DNA of 64,000 bases from Desulfomonilia bacterium (GTDB lineage: Bacteria > Desulfobacterota > Desulfomonilia > UBA1062): NCBI GenBank assembly GCA_050014195.1, contig JBEKDT010000003.1, forward strand, positions 1 through 64,000, read 5' to 3'. Of this stretch, positions 18,874 through 29,436 are shown piece by piece. The translations under genes and the position numbers were made by a program. Numbering within the stretch: the first letter of the stretch is position 1; every line of letters begins with the position of its first letter. Below the pieces are notes generated by a model. It was not told where the DNA came from. It worked only from the letters and a program-made list of their open reading frames with translations, and ran no database searches.

Positions 18874-19677
18874 CTATATGCCGGCTATCTCAATCTTGTT
18901 TTCCACGGATTCAACGCCTTTTACTGCTATCACAGTCCGCTCCGCGGACGATTTTTCCCAGGGAACTTGAACAACCCCTGTTAACCGGACCTTTCCCGGC
19001 GCATCAACAAAAGCGGAAATATAACTTGATGAAAAACCGACTTCCGCAAGGGCTGTCCTCACTCTTGCCGCAAGTTCCATCATGTCCAGAGAGTTTGTGA
19101 AATCACCGGAGTGGCCCTGAGCTTCTTTCGCGCGTGCTGCGCACAAGATCATATCAACTGCAACATTGACCGTAAGATTGTCCATATTGAGAACAATATC
19201 GTACAACGCAGGATTATCCCAATCCCGATGGAAGGCAAACCTGATAAAACTTTCTCTCTCGTGATCACTCTTCTCCATGACCGTAACGGCCATCTCCCTC
19301 TTATAACCCTTCTCTGCAAGATTCTGGACACGTTTTTCCTGCGATGCGATCACTCGGATATGAAGCGCATGTGGGATAGACCGGAAAAGCATATTGCCTC
19401 CCCGACCGAGAATTACTGCGTTCCCCAGGCGCGCGATTTCATAAATGACGACATACAGGCGGTCGAGGCAAATCTCAGGCCGGTATGAAAAAAACCTCTT
19501 CAACGGAGGTGGAGCCTTATCGTTTACCTCTCTGATGTCATCAAGAATTCCCATCTCTTCGGCTTTTTTCTCGATATCTTCTGTATCATAGAAGTTATAC
19601 TGCAGTTCTTTTGCCACCAACTTCGCAATTTCTGTTCCTTTTGTGCCCATCTTCCTGGAAAATGTAATAAAACACAT
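18874..19677 (-). CDS. Cytidylate-kinase-like protein with C-terminal BON domain
   Basis: ITFSRKMGTKG, VILGRGG, YDIVLN; C-terminal VRLTGVV..VKGVESVENKIEI. Confidence 0.8.
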   Translation of the reverse strand: MCFITFSRKMGTKGTEIAKLVAKELQYNFYDTEDIEKKAEEMGILDDIREVNDKAPPPLKRFFSYRPEICLDRLYVVIYEIARLGNAVILGRGGNMLFRSIPHALHIRVIASQEKRVQNLAEKGYKREMAVTVMEKSDHERESFIRFAFHRDWDNPALYDIVLNMDNLTVNVAVDMILCAARAKEAQGHSGDFTNSLDMMELAARVRTALAEVGFSSSYISAFVDAPGKVRLTGVVQVPWEKSSAERTVIAVKGVESVENKIEIAGI

Positions 19678-19698
19678 AGGATCCTCCCTGCAATCAAA

Positions 19699-21120
19699 CT
19701 ACTCCTTTGTCAGGCCCTCTGCCTTCACCACCCAACCCCCTCCCATCGACTTGTAGAGGTTCACAAGGGCCCGAAAAAGGTCGGCCTGCGTTCGCACGTA
19801 TGAGAGCTGTACGTTGAACATGCTGCGTTCAGCATCGAGCACTTCGAGATAACTCACATAACCGTTCTCATACTTAAGTCTTGCAAGCCTTACATAAGCG
19901 CGGGCCGTATCCTCCTGCTGCTTTTGAGCCTGGAGCTGTTCCCTTGTTTTGCTCTGATCGACCAGTGCGTTGTTCACTTCCTTAAAAGCCTGCTGGATCA
20001 CTTGTTGGTAGCGGATGAGTGATTGCTTCTGTATCGCCTCGGCTGCCTTCACCTGCCCGCTGATAGCGCCTGCAGTAAAAATAGGCATGTTAATGGGTAC
20101 CCCTAAGCTCCACATGTGAGCCGGGCCTTTAAAAAGATTGGACAGATCTTTACTCTCCACGCCGTATGATCCGGTCAGGGAAATGCTCGGGAAGTATGCT
20201 GCCTTGGCCACACCGATCTCTGCATTGGCCGAGATGAGGTCCTGCTCGGCCTGACGAATGTCGGGCCGTTGTGCAAGCAAATCCGAAGGAAGCCCGGAGG
20301 GCACTGTCGGGAGCACAAACTGATCGATCGCCTTTCCTCTGGCAATCGCTCCAGGGTTCCGGCCAAGCAGGACACTTATAAGATTTTCCTGTTGGATGAT
20401 CAACTTCTGAATCACGGGAACGGTTGCCAGTGCCATTTCGTATTCGAGTTGCACCTGCCGCAACTCCAGCTCCGAGATGACCCCCTTGTTGAAGCGCATC
20501 CGGAACAACTGCAGCGTATTCTCCCGACTTTTCAAAGTACCTTCTGCGATTTCAAGCTCCCGGTCAAGATCACGCAGATCGATATAGGCATCCGCAACAG
20601 CGCAAACAAGTGACATGATGACCGTCCTTCTGTCCTCTTCCGTGCTCAACAGATTTGCACGTGCCGCCTCGTTTGCCCGCCTGATCTTTCCCCAAAGGTC
20701 AATCTCCCAGCTCGCATTTCCTGTAACCAGATAATCACTATAAGGGTTGTCATAAATTGACGGCAGATACTCGTTGATGTTATCTGAAACCCGGGTACGG
20801 GAGCCGGAGGCCGCGCCCCCAACCTGGGGAAAGGCCTCTGACCGAGTTACCCTGTACCGTCCCATGAACTCCTCGATCCTCGCCGCTGCGATCAGGATGT
20901 CTTTGTTCTCCTTAAGGGCAACAAGTATCAGATCATTCAGCACCGGGTCGTCAAACTGCTCCCACCATGCGGTATTCGCCATGGTTTTCGCCTGGAGTTC
21001 TTCATATCGCCATGGGGCCGGAGTGTCTATGGACGGGCGGTGATAATCGGGGCCCACTGCACAACCCGATACAAGAACGATAAAGATGAATAGGAGGAAA
21101 AGAAGATATGTGTTACGCAT
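19699..21120 (-). CDS. RND efflux outer-membrane lipoprotein (OprM/NodT type)
   Basis: Lipobox VSGC-AVGPDY, WEIDLWG, LLAQRPDI, LYKSMGGGW. Confidence 0.92.
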   Translation of the reverse strand: MRNTYLLFLLFIFIVLVSGCAVGPDYHRPSIDTPAPWRYEELQAKTMANTAWWEQFDDPVLNDLILVALKENKDILIAAARIEEFMGRYRVTRSEAFPQVGGAASGSRTRVSDNINEYLPSIYDNPYSDYLVTGNASWEIDLWGKIRRANEAARANLLSTEEDRRTVIMSLVCAVADAYIDLRDLDRELEIAEGTLKSRENTLQLFRMRFNKGVISELELRQVQLEYEMALATVPVIQKLIIQQENLISVLLGRNPGAIARGKAIDQFVLPTVPSGLPSDLLAQRPDIRQAEQDLISANAEIGVAKAAYFPSISLTGSYGVESKDLSNLFKGPAHMWSLGVPINMPIFTAGAISGQVKAAEAIQKQSLIRYQQVIQQAFKEVNNALVDQSKTREQLQAQKQQEDTARAYVRLARLKYENGYVSYLEVLDAERSMFNVQLSYVRTQADLFRALVNLYKSMGGGWVVKAEGLTKE

Positions 21121-24100
21121 TGTCGTCCTCCAGGGCTTCGGCCCTATTTTTGCCCTCTTTCTTGCCCTTTGACAGCCTGCTGACTACATAGAATGCAGCC
21201 GGGATGAGGAATATGGCAATGACTGAAGCGGCAATCGTCCCGCCGGCAACAATCGTTCCTATAATCTGCCTGCCCCTGGCACCTGCGCCTGTTGAGATGG
21301 CGAGGGGCGCGACGCCCAGGATAAAAGCAAAGGACGTCATCAGAATGGGCCTCAACCTCAATCGTGCGCCTTCAAGGGCAGCCTCTACCAGTGGCACGCC
21401 TCGCTCATTTGCCCTCTTCGCGAATTCGACGATAAGGATGGCGTTCTTTGCGGTGAGGCCGATGAGAACAATCAGACCTATCTGGGCGTAGACATTATTT
21501 GTCTGTCCGCGTAACCAAATGGCACAGAGGGCGCCGAAGACCGCTACGGGTGTGGTGACGAGGACGCTTAACGGAAGGGACCAGCTCTCGTACTGGGCGG
21601 CAAGTAGAAGAAAGACGCAGAATAAAGAGAAGGCAAAGATCGCCCATGCGGGTACGCCTTCTTGCGCTTTCTTCTCCTGGAAGCTCATGCCTGAATAGTC
21701 GAACCCCATTTCCCGAGGCATCGTTTCATGAAACACCTCCTCAAGGGCCTTCATGGCCTGGGCGGAACTATAGCCGGGTTTCGCCATAGCATCAATCCGG
21801 GCGGAACGATACAGGTTGTAGCGCATGGTCGTCTCAGGACCGGAAGTCGGTTTGATGCTTATGAGTGAAGAGAGGGGCACCCTCTCGTGCTTGTCGTTGA
21901 GAACGGAAAACAAGCCTATGTTTTCGGCATTCCCACGATAGTCGCTGTCAGCCTGGACGTAAACCTGCCACTGCCTGCCGAAGCGGTTAAAATAGTTGAT
22001 AAAGGCACCCCCCATGAAGGCCTGCATGGTCTGATAAACCTGGCTTATATCAATGCCTTGCTTCATCACCTTGTCCCGATCCACCTTCGCGAGTATTTGA
22101 GGAACCCCGGCCTGAAAGGAGGTGGTAACGCGGGCCAGTTCAGGACGTTTTCGCGCTGCTTCAATGAATTTCCCCGTGTTGGCGGCAAGAAAACCTATAT
22201 CTTTTCCTGCCCGGTCTTCGAGAACGAAGGTGATGCCTCCGGCATTACCTATGCCGGGGATGGCCGGGGGCGGAAATGCATAGGCGATCCCTTGCGGAAG
22301 AGCAGCGAGCTTGAGGTTAAGAGAGTCCAGAATCGCATCAAACTGTTCCTCGGGCTTCTTTCTCTCACCCCAGTCTTTAAGCGAGACGAAGTAAAAACCA
22401 CTGGATGAAATCGCCGATGACTCCATCATATTGAAGCCGGCAATCGTGGTGTAGTACTGGACACCCGGTGTACGGGCAAGGAGCGATTCGATCTGCCTGC
22501 AGGTCTCATCGGTGCGCGCAAGAGAAGCCGCCCCTGGAAGAGAAACGGTGATATAGAAGTATCCATGATCCTCCTCGGGGAGAAAACCGCTGGGTATGGT
22601 CTTCCCCAGGAGGGCGACTATGAGTATGGCTGCACCGATGAACGCCAGGCTCAAAACGCTCTTCTTGATCAGATAACCGCAGAGATGGACATATCTGTTG
22701 GTAGCCTTTCCGAAGATGGTGTTGAAGCGGCGATAGAAACGGCCCAGAAAGCCCCGGCCTTCCTTTCGCGGCTTCAGAATAAGGGCCGAAAGTGCAGGGC
22801 TTAAGGTAAGGGCATTTACTGTGGAAAGAAGGACGGAAATGGCGATGGTAACGGCAAACTGCTGGTAAAGTCTGCCCGTAATGCCCGGAATAAAGATGGT
22901 GGGAACGAAGACAACCATCAGGATCAGGGTGATGGCCACAATAGGTCCCGATACCTCGTCCATGGTTTTGATGGTTGCCTCTCTTGGAGAAAGCCCTTCC
23001 TCCATATGCCTCTCCACCGCTTCCACCACGATGATAGCGTTGTCAACAACGAGTCCTATGGCCAGGACTAGCCCGAAAAGGGACAGGGTGTTGATGGAAA
23101 ACCCCAGAAGGGGGAAGAAGGCGAAGGTGCCGAGAAGAGAGACGGGAATGGCCAGGGTGGGGATGAGAGTCGCTCGCCAGCCCTGAAGAAAGACGAAGAC
23201 CACGATGATGACGAGGATCATCGCTTCCACGAGGGTTTTGACGATCTCTTTGACCCCTTCCGTAACGCTTTTTGTGGTATCGAGGGAAACGACGTAATCG
23301 AGATCGGAAGGGAACTGGGTCCTGGCATTTTTCATCACCCTCTTCACGCCTTCCGCGGCTTCGAGAGCGTTGGAGCCGGGGGTCTGGTAAAGGGCAATAT
23401 TCGCGGCGGTCTTGCCGTTCAACCTGCTTTTATAAGTATAGTCCTGAGCACCGAGTTCAATGCGGGCCACGTCCTTCAGACGGACCAGGGAACCATCCGT
23501 ATTCGCCCGAACAACGATCGAACCGAATTCTTCTTCCGAAACAAGACGCCCTTCCGTCCTGACGGTGTAGGTGAACTCCTGTCCCGGAGGCTCCGGCTCG
23601 CCCCCTATTTTGCCGGCAGGGTTGACGGCATTCTGATTCTTGATGGCGCTCACGATTTCCGATAGCGTAATACCGAGTTTGGCAAGGGTATCGGGCTTTA
23701 CCCAGATGCGAATTGCGTAGTTACCCGCTCCGAAAATATTAGCCTGAGAGACACCCGGCACCCTGAGTATCTGGTCGATAAGACTGATATTGGCGTAGTT
23801 GGCTAGGAAAACCGAATCCCGGGTTCCTTTCGGTGAATGAAGGGCAATGAGAAGAAAGGGAGCTGTGCCCCCTTTCTTTACCGTCACGCCATAGTTGCGA
23901 ACGTCTTCCGGAAGTTGGGATTGGGCCTCTCCCTGACGCAACTGGGCGAGAATTTGATCCGTATCCGGATTGCTCTTCACATCGAAGTTGACATAGAGCC
24001 TCATCATGCCGCTCGACGAGTTCATGGAGTACATGTAATTCATGTTATCGACGCCGCTCATCCGCTGCTCGATGGGATTCGCGACGGACCGCTCAAGGGT

Positions 24101-24265
24101 TTCCGCATCAGCGCCGGTATAGACAGCTTCGACCCTCATCTCAGGGGGGACGATATTCGGGAAGCGTTCAATAGGCAGGCCAAAAATGGCAATGATACCC
24201 ATGGTGACAATGATGATGGAAATGACAATGGCGACGATGGGTCTGTTAATGAAGAACTTGGCCAT
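21113..24265 (-). CDS. RND efflux permease (HAE1/AcrB-like)
   Basis: FFINRPI, GLVVDNAIIVVE, AKNAILIVEFA, RLRPILMTS. Confidence 0.95.
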   Translation of the reverse strand: MAKFFINRPIVAIVISIIIVTMGIIAIFGLPIERFPNIVPPEMRVEAVYTGADAETLERSVANPIEQRMSGVDNMNYMYSMNSSSGMMRLYVNFDVKSNPDTDQILAQLRQGEAQSQLPEDVRNYGVTVKKGGTAPFLLIALHSPKGTRDSVFLANYANISLIDQILRVPGVSQANIFGAGNYAIRIWVKPDTLAKLGITLSEIVSAIKNQNAVNPAGKIGGEPEPPGQEFTYTVRTEGRLVSEEEFGSIVVRANTDGSLVRLKDVARIELGAQDYTYKSRLNGKTAANIALYQTPGSNALEAAEGVKRVMKNARTQFPSDLDYVVSLDTTKSVTEGVKEIVKTLVEAMILVIIVVFVFLQGWRATLIPTLAIPVSLLGTFAFFPLLGFSINTLSLFGLVLAIGLVVDNAIIVVEAVERHMEEGLSPREATIKTMDEVSGPIVAITLILMVVFVPTIFIPGITGRLYQQFAVTIAISVLLSTVNALTLSPALSALILKPRKEGRGFLGRFYRRFNTIFGKATNRYVHLCGYLIKKSVLSLAFIGAAILIVALLGKTIPSGFLPEEDHGYFYITVSLPGAASLARTDETCRQIESLLARTPGVQYYTTIAGFNMMESSAISSSGFYFVSLKDWGERKKPEEQFDAILDSLNLKLAALPQGIAYAFPPPAIPGIGNAGGITFVLEDRAGKDIGFLAANTGKFIEAARKRPELARVTTSFQAGVPQILAKVDRDKVMKQGIDISQVYQTMQAFMGGAFINYFNRFGRQWQVYVQADSDYRGNAENIGLFSVLNDKHERVPLSSLISIKPTSGPETTMRYNLYRSARIDAMAKPGYSSAQAMKALEEVFHETMPREMGFDYSGMSFQEKKAQEGVPAWAIFAFSLFCVFLLLAAQYESWSLPLSVLVTTPVAVFGALCAIWLRGQTNNVYAQIGLIVLIGLTAKNAILIVEFAKRANERGVPLVEAALEGARLRLRPILMTSFAFILGVAPLAISTGAGARGRQIIGTIVAGGTIAASVIAIFLIPAAFYVVSRLSKGKKEGKNRAEALEDDNA

Positions 24266-24274
24266 GATCTCCCC

Positions 24275-25426
24275 CTAGCTGCCTTGCGCTGTCAGGCCTT
24301 GGCGAGATGTCTGAAAAGGCCGTGGCCTCACGGATGACCCCTGATGTACCTTTTGAGTTCCTTCAACAACAACCTTCTGCCCGGCTTTCAGCCCTTCCTC
24401 GACGACCCATAGATCGCCGAAGCGGGGGCCCACTTTGATGGGTGTCATTTCGATCCTGTTGCCGGGATTGACCACAGCCACCTCGCGGCTCCCCTGCACC
24501 TCTATGACCGCCCGTTGAGGAACAAGGGGAACACTTTCCATTATGGAGGTTTCTGCACGAACCCGTGCAAACTGGCCGGGTCTGAGAAAATTCCCCGGAT
24601 TGGGGAAAAGGGCGGCCACCTTAATCGTGCCGGTGCCCACATCCACCTGCCGGTCAACAAAAGCAAACCTGCCTTTATAAGGGTGAACGCTTCCGTCTGC
24701 AAGAATTAACTGGAGTGTCGCCTTACTGTTCATACCGTTCCTCATATCTCGGAGATACTCTTGCTCGGTCAGAGGTACGTTTACCTTGATGGGATCGACA
24801 GTGGAAATGGTGGTAAGCTCCTCTGTGGAGCCCGGGCCCACCAGGTTGCCCACCTGCGCCTTGGCGATACCGGCAATACCGTCGATGGGACTGACGATTC
24901 TTGTGAACTTGAGATCAAGTTCCGCCTTCTCCGCTGCCGCCGTGGCCGCCTCAAGAGAAGCCTGACAAGACCCTTCGGCGCGGACGGCTTCATCCAAATC
25001 CTTTGCGCTTACAGCCTGATACTCGGCAAGGGGTTTCACACGGGCCAGATTGGCCTTTGCATTTTCCCACTCAACCCTTGCCTGAACAACCCGACTGTTA
25101 GCCTGCTTCAGCGCAACCATGAAGGTTCTATCGTCAATCTCAAAAAGTAGCTGCCCCTTTTTCACATAGTCGCCTTCCTTATAATACTGGGCGAGTAGAT
25201 AGCCTTGTACTTGAGGGCGGATCGTTGCGTTTACCATGCCATCCGTCGAAGCGGTCCATTCCGACCACACAGGAATATCCTTCGTTATTACTTCCGCAAC
25301 CTCCACGATGGTTGCCGACGCAGCCCCTTCCGCTTGATGCCTGCTGCAACCGGCAACGAAAACAAGAACAACAAGGGTCACAAAAAAGGCAATGCGCCCA
25401 TAGGACTCTGAGTTCCATCTTTCCAT
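24275..25426 (-). CDS. RND efflux periplasmic adaptor (MFP) lipoprotein
   Basis: Lipobox VAGC, IRPQVQG, VKKGQLLFEID, IVSPIDG, FPNPGNFLRPGQF. Confidence 0.92.
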   Translation of the reverse strand: MERWNSESYGRIAFFVTLVVLVFVAGCSRHQAEGAASATIVEVAEVITKDIPVWSEWTASTDGMVNATIRPQVQGYLLAQYYKEGDYVKKGQLLFEIDDRTFMVALKQANSRVVQARVEWENAKANLARVKPLAEYQAVSAKDLDEAVRAEGSCQASLEAATAAAEKAELDLKFTRIVSPIDGIAGIAKAQVGNLVGPGSTEELTTISTVDPIKVNVPLTEQEYLRDMRNGMNSKATLQLILADGSVHPYKGRFAFVDRQVDVGTGTIKVAALFPNPGNFLRPGQFARVRAETSIMESVPLVPQRAVIEVQGSREVAVVNPGNRIEMTPIKVGPRFGDLWVVEEGLKAGQKVVVEGTQKVHQGSSVRPRPFQTSRQGLTAQGS

Positions 25427-25569
25427 GCCTATCAAGTCTCCTTTTATTTTATATAGATACCCCTTCGCGATTAGTAACGTCGATTACCATGCGTCATCTC
25501 TGACTTCACTATGAGAGTCACTGATGAAAACCACAGCGGTTTCCTGTACTGAATTAGGTCTATTACCAT

Positions 25570-25610
25570 TGGTTATTGCTATACAGGATAACCGGTATAG
25601 TCAATAACCA
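25570..25610. promoter_or_regulatory. Palindromic operator overlapping a TTGACT -35 box upstream of the efflux operon
   Basis: TGGTTATTG-CTATACAGG-ATAA-CCGGTATAG-T-CAATAACCA inverted repeat; the operon encodes a TetR. Confidence 0.6.
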
Positions 25611-25708
25611 TTTTTTATCATAGTCGTTGATGGATGGAAGGGATAAAGGGTTCCAATAATACAAGGAAAGTGCAGCTTTTTTTGAAATTGTGAGAAACAA
25701 GAAAGGAG

Positions 25709-26311
25709 CTAGGTTTTTTCTATTTTTTTGAAAAGATCTTTAAACGCTTCAATCGGTTGTGCACCTACAATTTTATAGTGGTCATTGATGAGGAAAGTCG
25801 GTACACCTGTGAGTTTAATCCGTCTGGCTTCTTCTCTTGTTTCATCAAGCCGCCCAGCATAGCGATGCTCCATCAAGGCATGCCCCATTTCATTGATGTT
25901 CAAGCCGCAGGAAAGTGCTATTTCATTGATCGTATCAATGTTGCCAATATCTTTTAATTCTGTGAAATAAATATGGAACACCTGTTCATGAAAGAGGTCA
26001 TGCTTTCCCATGTCACGGGCAAATTCACTCGCCTCTAAGGCCATGCGGGAATTGGATAGTTTCAATAGCTGAGAGAATGTGATGCCCAGTTCCTTGCCTC
26101 TATTCATGATGTTTTCATACATCCTTATCCTCTCCGTGTCAGAAAATCTTTTTGCCAGGGGTATGCCCTTAGGTGGTGTCTCAGGATGCAGTTCAAAGCT
26201 CAGCCATGTATCTTTGATGCTAAATTCCTTCTTCAAAGAGTCGACAATGCCCTTGCCGATATAACAGAACGGTCAGATGTAGTCGGAAAAGATTCTCATC
26301 TCAATGCTCAT
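25709..26311 (-). CDS. DsbA/FrnE-family thiol oxidoreductase with in-frame UGA (selenocysteine, UPFC motif)
   Basis: MSIEMRIFSDYI-TGA-PFCYIGKG is in frame with ORF 25709-26236 (FELHPETP, GVPTF, GAQP). TGA at 26273-26275. Confidence 0.85.
26241..26259 (-). promoter_or_regulatory. Candidate bacterial SECIS hairpin
   Basis: TCGGCAA-GGGCA-TTGTCGA stem-loop beginning 13 nt after the UGA. Confidence 0.6.
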
Positions 26312-26785
26312 TACCCGCATTCCCTTCAGTCTGAACTGTATTCCGATCCAAATCTGATCCCGAGAGATCTTGCCATTGCAATACTCTTTTCAATAATACG
26401 ATTCATCAGGATCACACCACTATAGGTAACTCCAATATCAGCATTTTCAATAGAAATGCTGACAGGTAAAACAGTTAATCTCTGATGGATGTGTCTTTGA
26501 TCTACCACTAAGAGAAGCTCCCTACGTTCTCACTCTCAACAGTGATCCCACTATTCCTGCACGTGGGTATAGGGGGGCATCCGCTCGACACAGCATGAGA
26601 GCACATACATATGTGATTGATTGTTTGGATGCCCCCCTGCGATCAATGACATTCAATGCAATGGGTATATGATAATGAGCAGGATGGGGGAAGTCAAAAT
26701 GGGTGATGATTATGGTTGCAGATATTTAGTGTGGACAAAGCGTAAGAGATGGCACGAAATCTATGGTTTAAGTATTTTAATCATA

Positions 26786-26871
26786 GGGTCAATTCCCCAC
26801 AGTTTGTTGCGATTGCCCTATTCTTTATAAAATGTTTTGATACCCCATAGCTTGCTGCGGGGTGATTCATT
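26786..26871 (+). mobile_element. Small palindrome-ended MITE/REP-like remnant
   Basis: Two related GC hairpin ends: GGGTCAATTCCCCACAGTTTGTTGCG and TACCCCATAGCTTGCTGCGGGGTGATTCATT. Confidence 0.4.
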
Positions 26872-26911
26872 ATTTGTTTTCCCATCGTTGGCATGGTAAT
26901 TCTTAGCCATC

Positions 26912-27133
26912 ATGCCGGAGTTCTCTTCACGCTATCGCTTTGCTGAATGGCCAAATCCAGCAGTGCCATTGATCGCTGTCGGCTGCTATGCTGTTTGGGA
27001 AGGACAGCAACTGATCTACTGCGGAATGTCTGGTCGAACGTTTTCTCCAACTAGCATTGCGGGTAAAAAGAAGTATGGACTTTACAACCGCCTCGAAAGC
27101 CATGCTTCCGGCCGTCTCAGCGGTGACCAGTAG
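26912..27133 (+). pseudogene. Truncated GIY-YIG-like nuclease
   Basis: GCYAVW..LIYCGMSG..GLYNRLESHASG, then an abrupt stop at 73 aa. Confidence 0.5.
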
Positions 27134-27453
27134 TCATCATCTGAATAGTTGTTTGTGATATTAAGATTTCTTTTTCTACACCTTTGCATCCGGTGATTAC
27201 CATCAACAGCAGTAATATGGGTATCAACAATTTTTTCATCATTATCACTTTATGGGCGAATCGTAAGGTCGCTGCGTTATCATGCAATATAACTTCACTT
27301 GGACAATCTATACCTTCGCCTTATTCGCGTAAAGCGGGTTTTGATTGCCCATACTATTCCATGTGGGTGAGGTCATGATTTAACTCTTGCACAGGACGTA
27401 TATAGACCGGTTATTTGAGATGCCAGGTATGACCCACATACTTGCTTGTTTGG

Positions 27454-28227
27454 TCATGCCTCCGATGGCTTTATCTTTACTCGTGGATATGCAAATTTCC
27501 CTGCAAAGAGGCCATCCACATAGTCGGTAAAAAGAGCGCAGAAACCATAATATGAATGAAATACCTGCGCATTCACGAATATAAGCTTTCCTTCTTCCAA
27601 GATATTTGAAGCATGGACAATCTTGTGGCGAATTTGTGCCAATTCATCTAAAAAGATAAGAGGATTTTTAAAAGTCTTTCCTTCAAATTCCATTTGAAAG
27701 CCGCCAAAATGTTTGATCATATTGGTAGCTCCATAGGACAGCCCAAATATGTCTCTTAGTTTACACAGCCTTCCATCCCAATTTTTTCTCATCATGATGT
27801 TAAGGGATACTTCTAATATTTTATCGGTTACTCCAATCTCCAGTAACGATCTTTCTATAAGCTCAAATAGAAATGTTTCTAAAGAGCCATAAAGCATTAT
27901 GAAGACCTGCCTACATAGGATATTGACTCCATTTCCGCATTGCTTCAAGAAAGTATGGGTAGGAAATATCATTGATCTACCGTCAGAGGACGCTATTTTG
28001 AGAGGTGTGTCGGGCTTGAGTTTACCCTTATTGATAAGCTGCTCGTATCTTGATTTGCTTTCTTTTAGAGAAAATTCCACAAGTGTAAGAAACCCCATTA
28101 TTTCATTAGATCTTCTGAACCACTGTCTTCTCTGGTCAGAGCACAGAGCTTCAGGAAGTATATAGGTATCTCCAGCATAGGGATCAGGTATCATTCCCAA
28201 TGGATTATGTTCATCTGCATTCATCAC
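27454..28227 (-). CDS. Hypothetical protein with HEPN-like motifs
   Basis: LYGSLETFL and C-terminal RHKIVH (Rx4H). Confidence 0.65.
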   Translation of the reverse strand: MMNADEHNPLGMIPDPYAGDTYILPEALCSDQRRQWFRRSNEIMGFLTLVEFSLKESKSRYEQLINKGKLKPDTPLKIASSDGRSMIFPTHTFLKQCGNGVNILCRQVFIMLYGSLETFLFELIERSLLEIGVTDKILEVSLNIMMRKNWDGRLCKLRDIFGLSYGATNMIKHFGGFQMEFEGKTFKNPLIFLDELAQIRHKIVHASNILEEGKLIFVNAQVFHSYYGFCALFTDYVDGLFAGKFAYPRVKIKPSEA

Positions 28228-28868
28228 TCATCCATCCTGTTTAGGATTCATTAACCATCTTGGGCATAAAAATTAATAGAAAGCAAAATCTGAATGAGTT
28301 CCTAAACAGATTCATGATGGGAAATCACAGAGGCGTAAGTGTTTTATTTCATATCATGAAATGTGTATCAAATCTATATCGGGGCACAGATTCCTGATAC
28401 CTATCACAGCATAAGGGGTATACAAAAAATCCCCTTGGTATAAGTGTCTATGACATTGAACATCGTATTCATAACTTCGCCTTATTCGCGCAGGAAGGGT
28501 TTTGATTGTTTCCTCTATCCAAGTGGGTGAGTTCATGAATGGATTCTTTCTCAGGACGTATATAGACCGGTTATTCGAGATATCAGGTATGACACACGTC
28601 CTTGAATCTCTACAAAAGCGCAGATTCCGGAGTTTTTCCCTTATCAAGCAAAGCAGATATAACTTCGATATATTCTCAGTTTTGAAATGCCTGGAACCGA
28701 TGATCTTGGGTTGAAACATACACAATAAGACACTTCATGTCAGACCGTGGCGATTGGCACGTAATCTATGATTTTCCATGCCCATCTTTTGCGATGATTA
28801 TGGAAAGTTATCTATGCTCAGGAATAACCATTGGCCTTGACAATATTACCTGGTGCTTTCTGTACAAA

Positions 28869-29430
28869 CTACAAAAAGGGGACATAATTTTCCACAAAGG
28901 CATCGATCTCGCTCATATGGAGGAAGCTGTCCCCCAAAGTCCTTGGCATGTTCGGATTTACCTCTGCTACCACATATTGGGCAATCTCGGCTGCAGTCTT
29001 GGTTATATCAACAGAGATCTCCAGGCTTACATACCCGCTGTTGTCGGGAGGGGACACGGTGATGAGGGCAACATCGATGTGCATGCTCCCTCTTTGCATA
29101 AGCAGGGGGATCTCCGAGAGGAAGATGGGTGTATAGTCCGCCCTGCCTTCCTTGATGGCGGCACGTGTGTTCGAGCCGATGAACAGTGCCTTGTGGCGGA
29201 ATTATTCAGTATACTTCTCATCCGTATATGAGGCGAGCCCGAGATCCAGAAAGTGGATGATCTCGGTGTCTGCAAGGTTCTGTGCCACATCGATGAGTGT
29301 CTTTACCAGGAGCTGGGGCTCCCCGCACGCAGAGCCGATAAATATCCGCGCCCCCCTCCTGATCCGGGAGAGTGCAGTCCTCGCATCGGTAAGCCTTTCT
29401 TTATATGTGTCATGCAAGTTAAGGATCATA
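28869..29430 (-). pseudogene. Acetyl-CoA hydrolase/transferase N-terminal remnant
   Basis: RIFIGSACGEPQ, GRADYTPIFLSEIP, VVAEVNPNMPRTLGDSF; in-frame TAA at 29202-29204; homology ends beside a repeat copy. Confidence 0.85.
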
Positions 29431-29436
29431 TGAATC

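Noticed and set aside
28354-28725. ORFs 28354-28725 and 28502-28714 as genes
   Set aside because: They overlie the repeat element, and the frames are not preserved in other copies.
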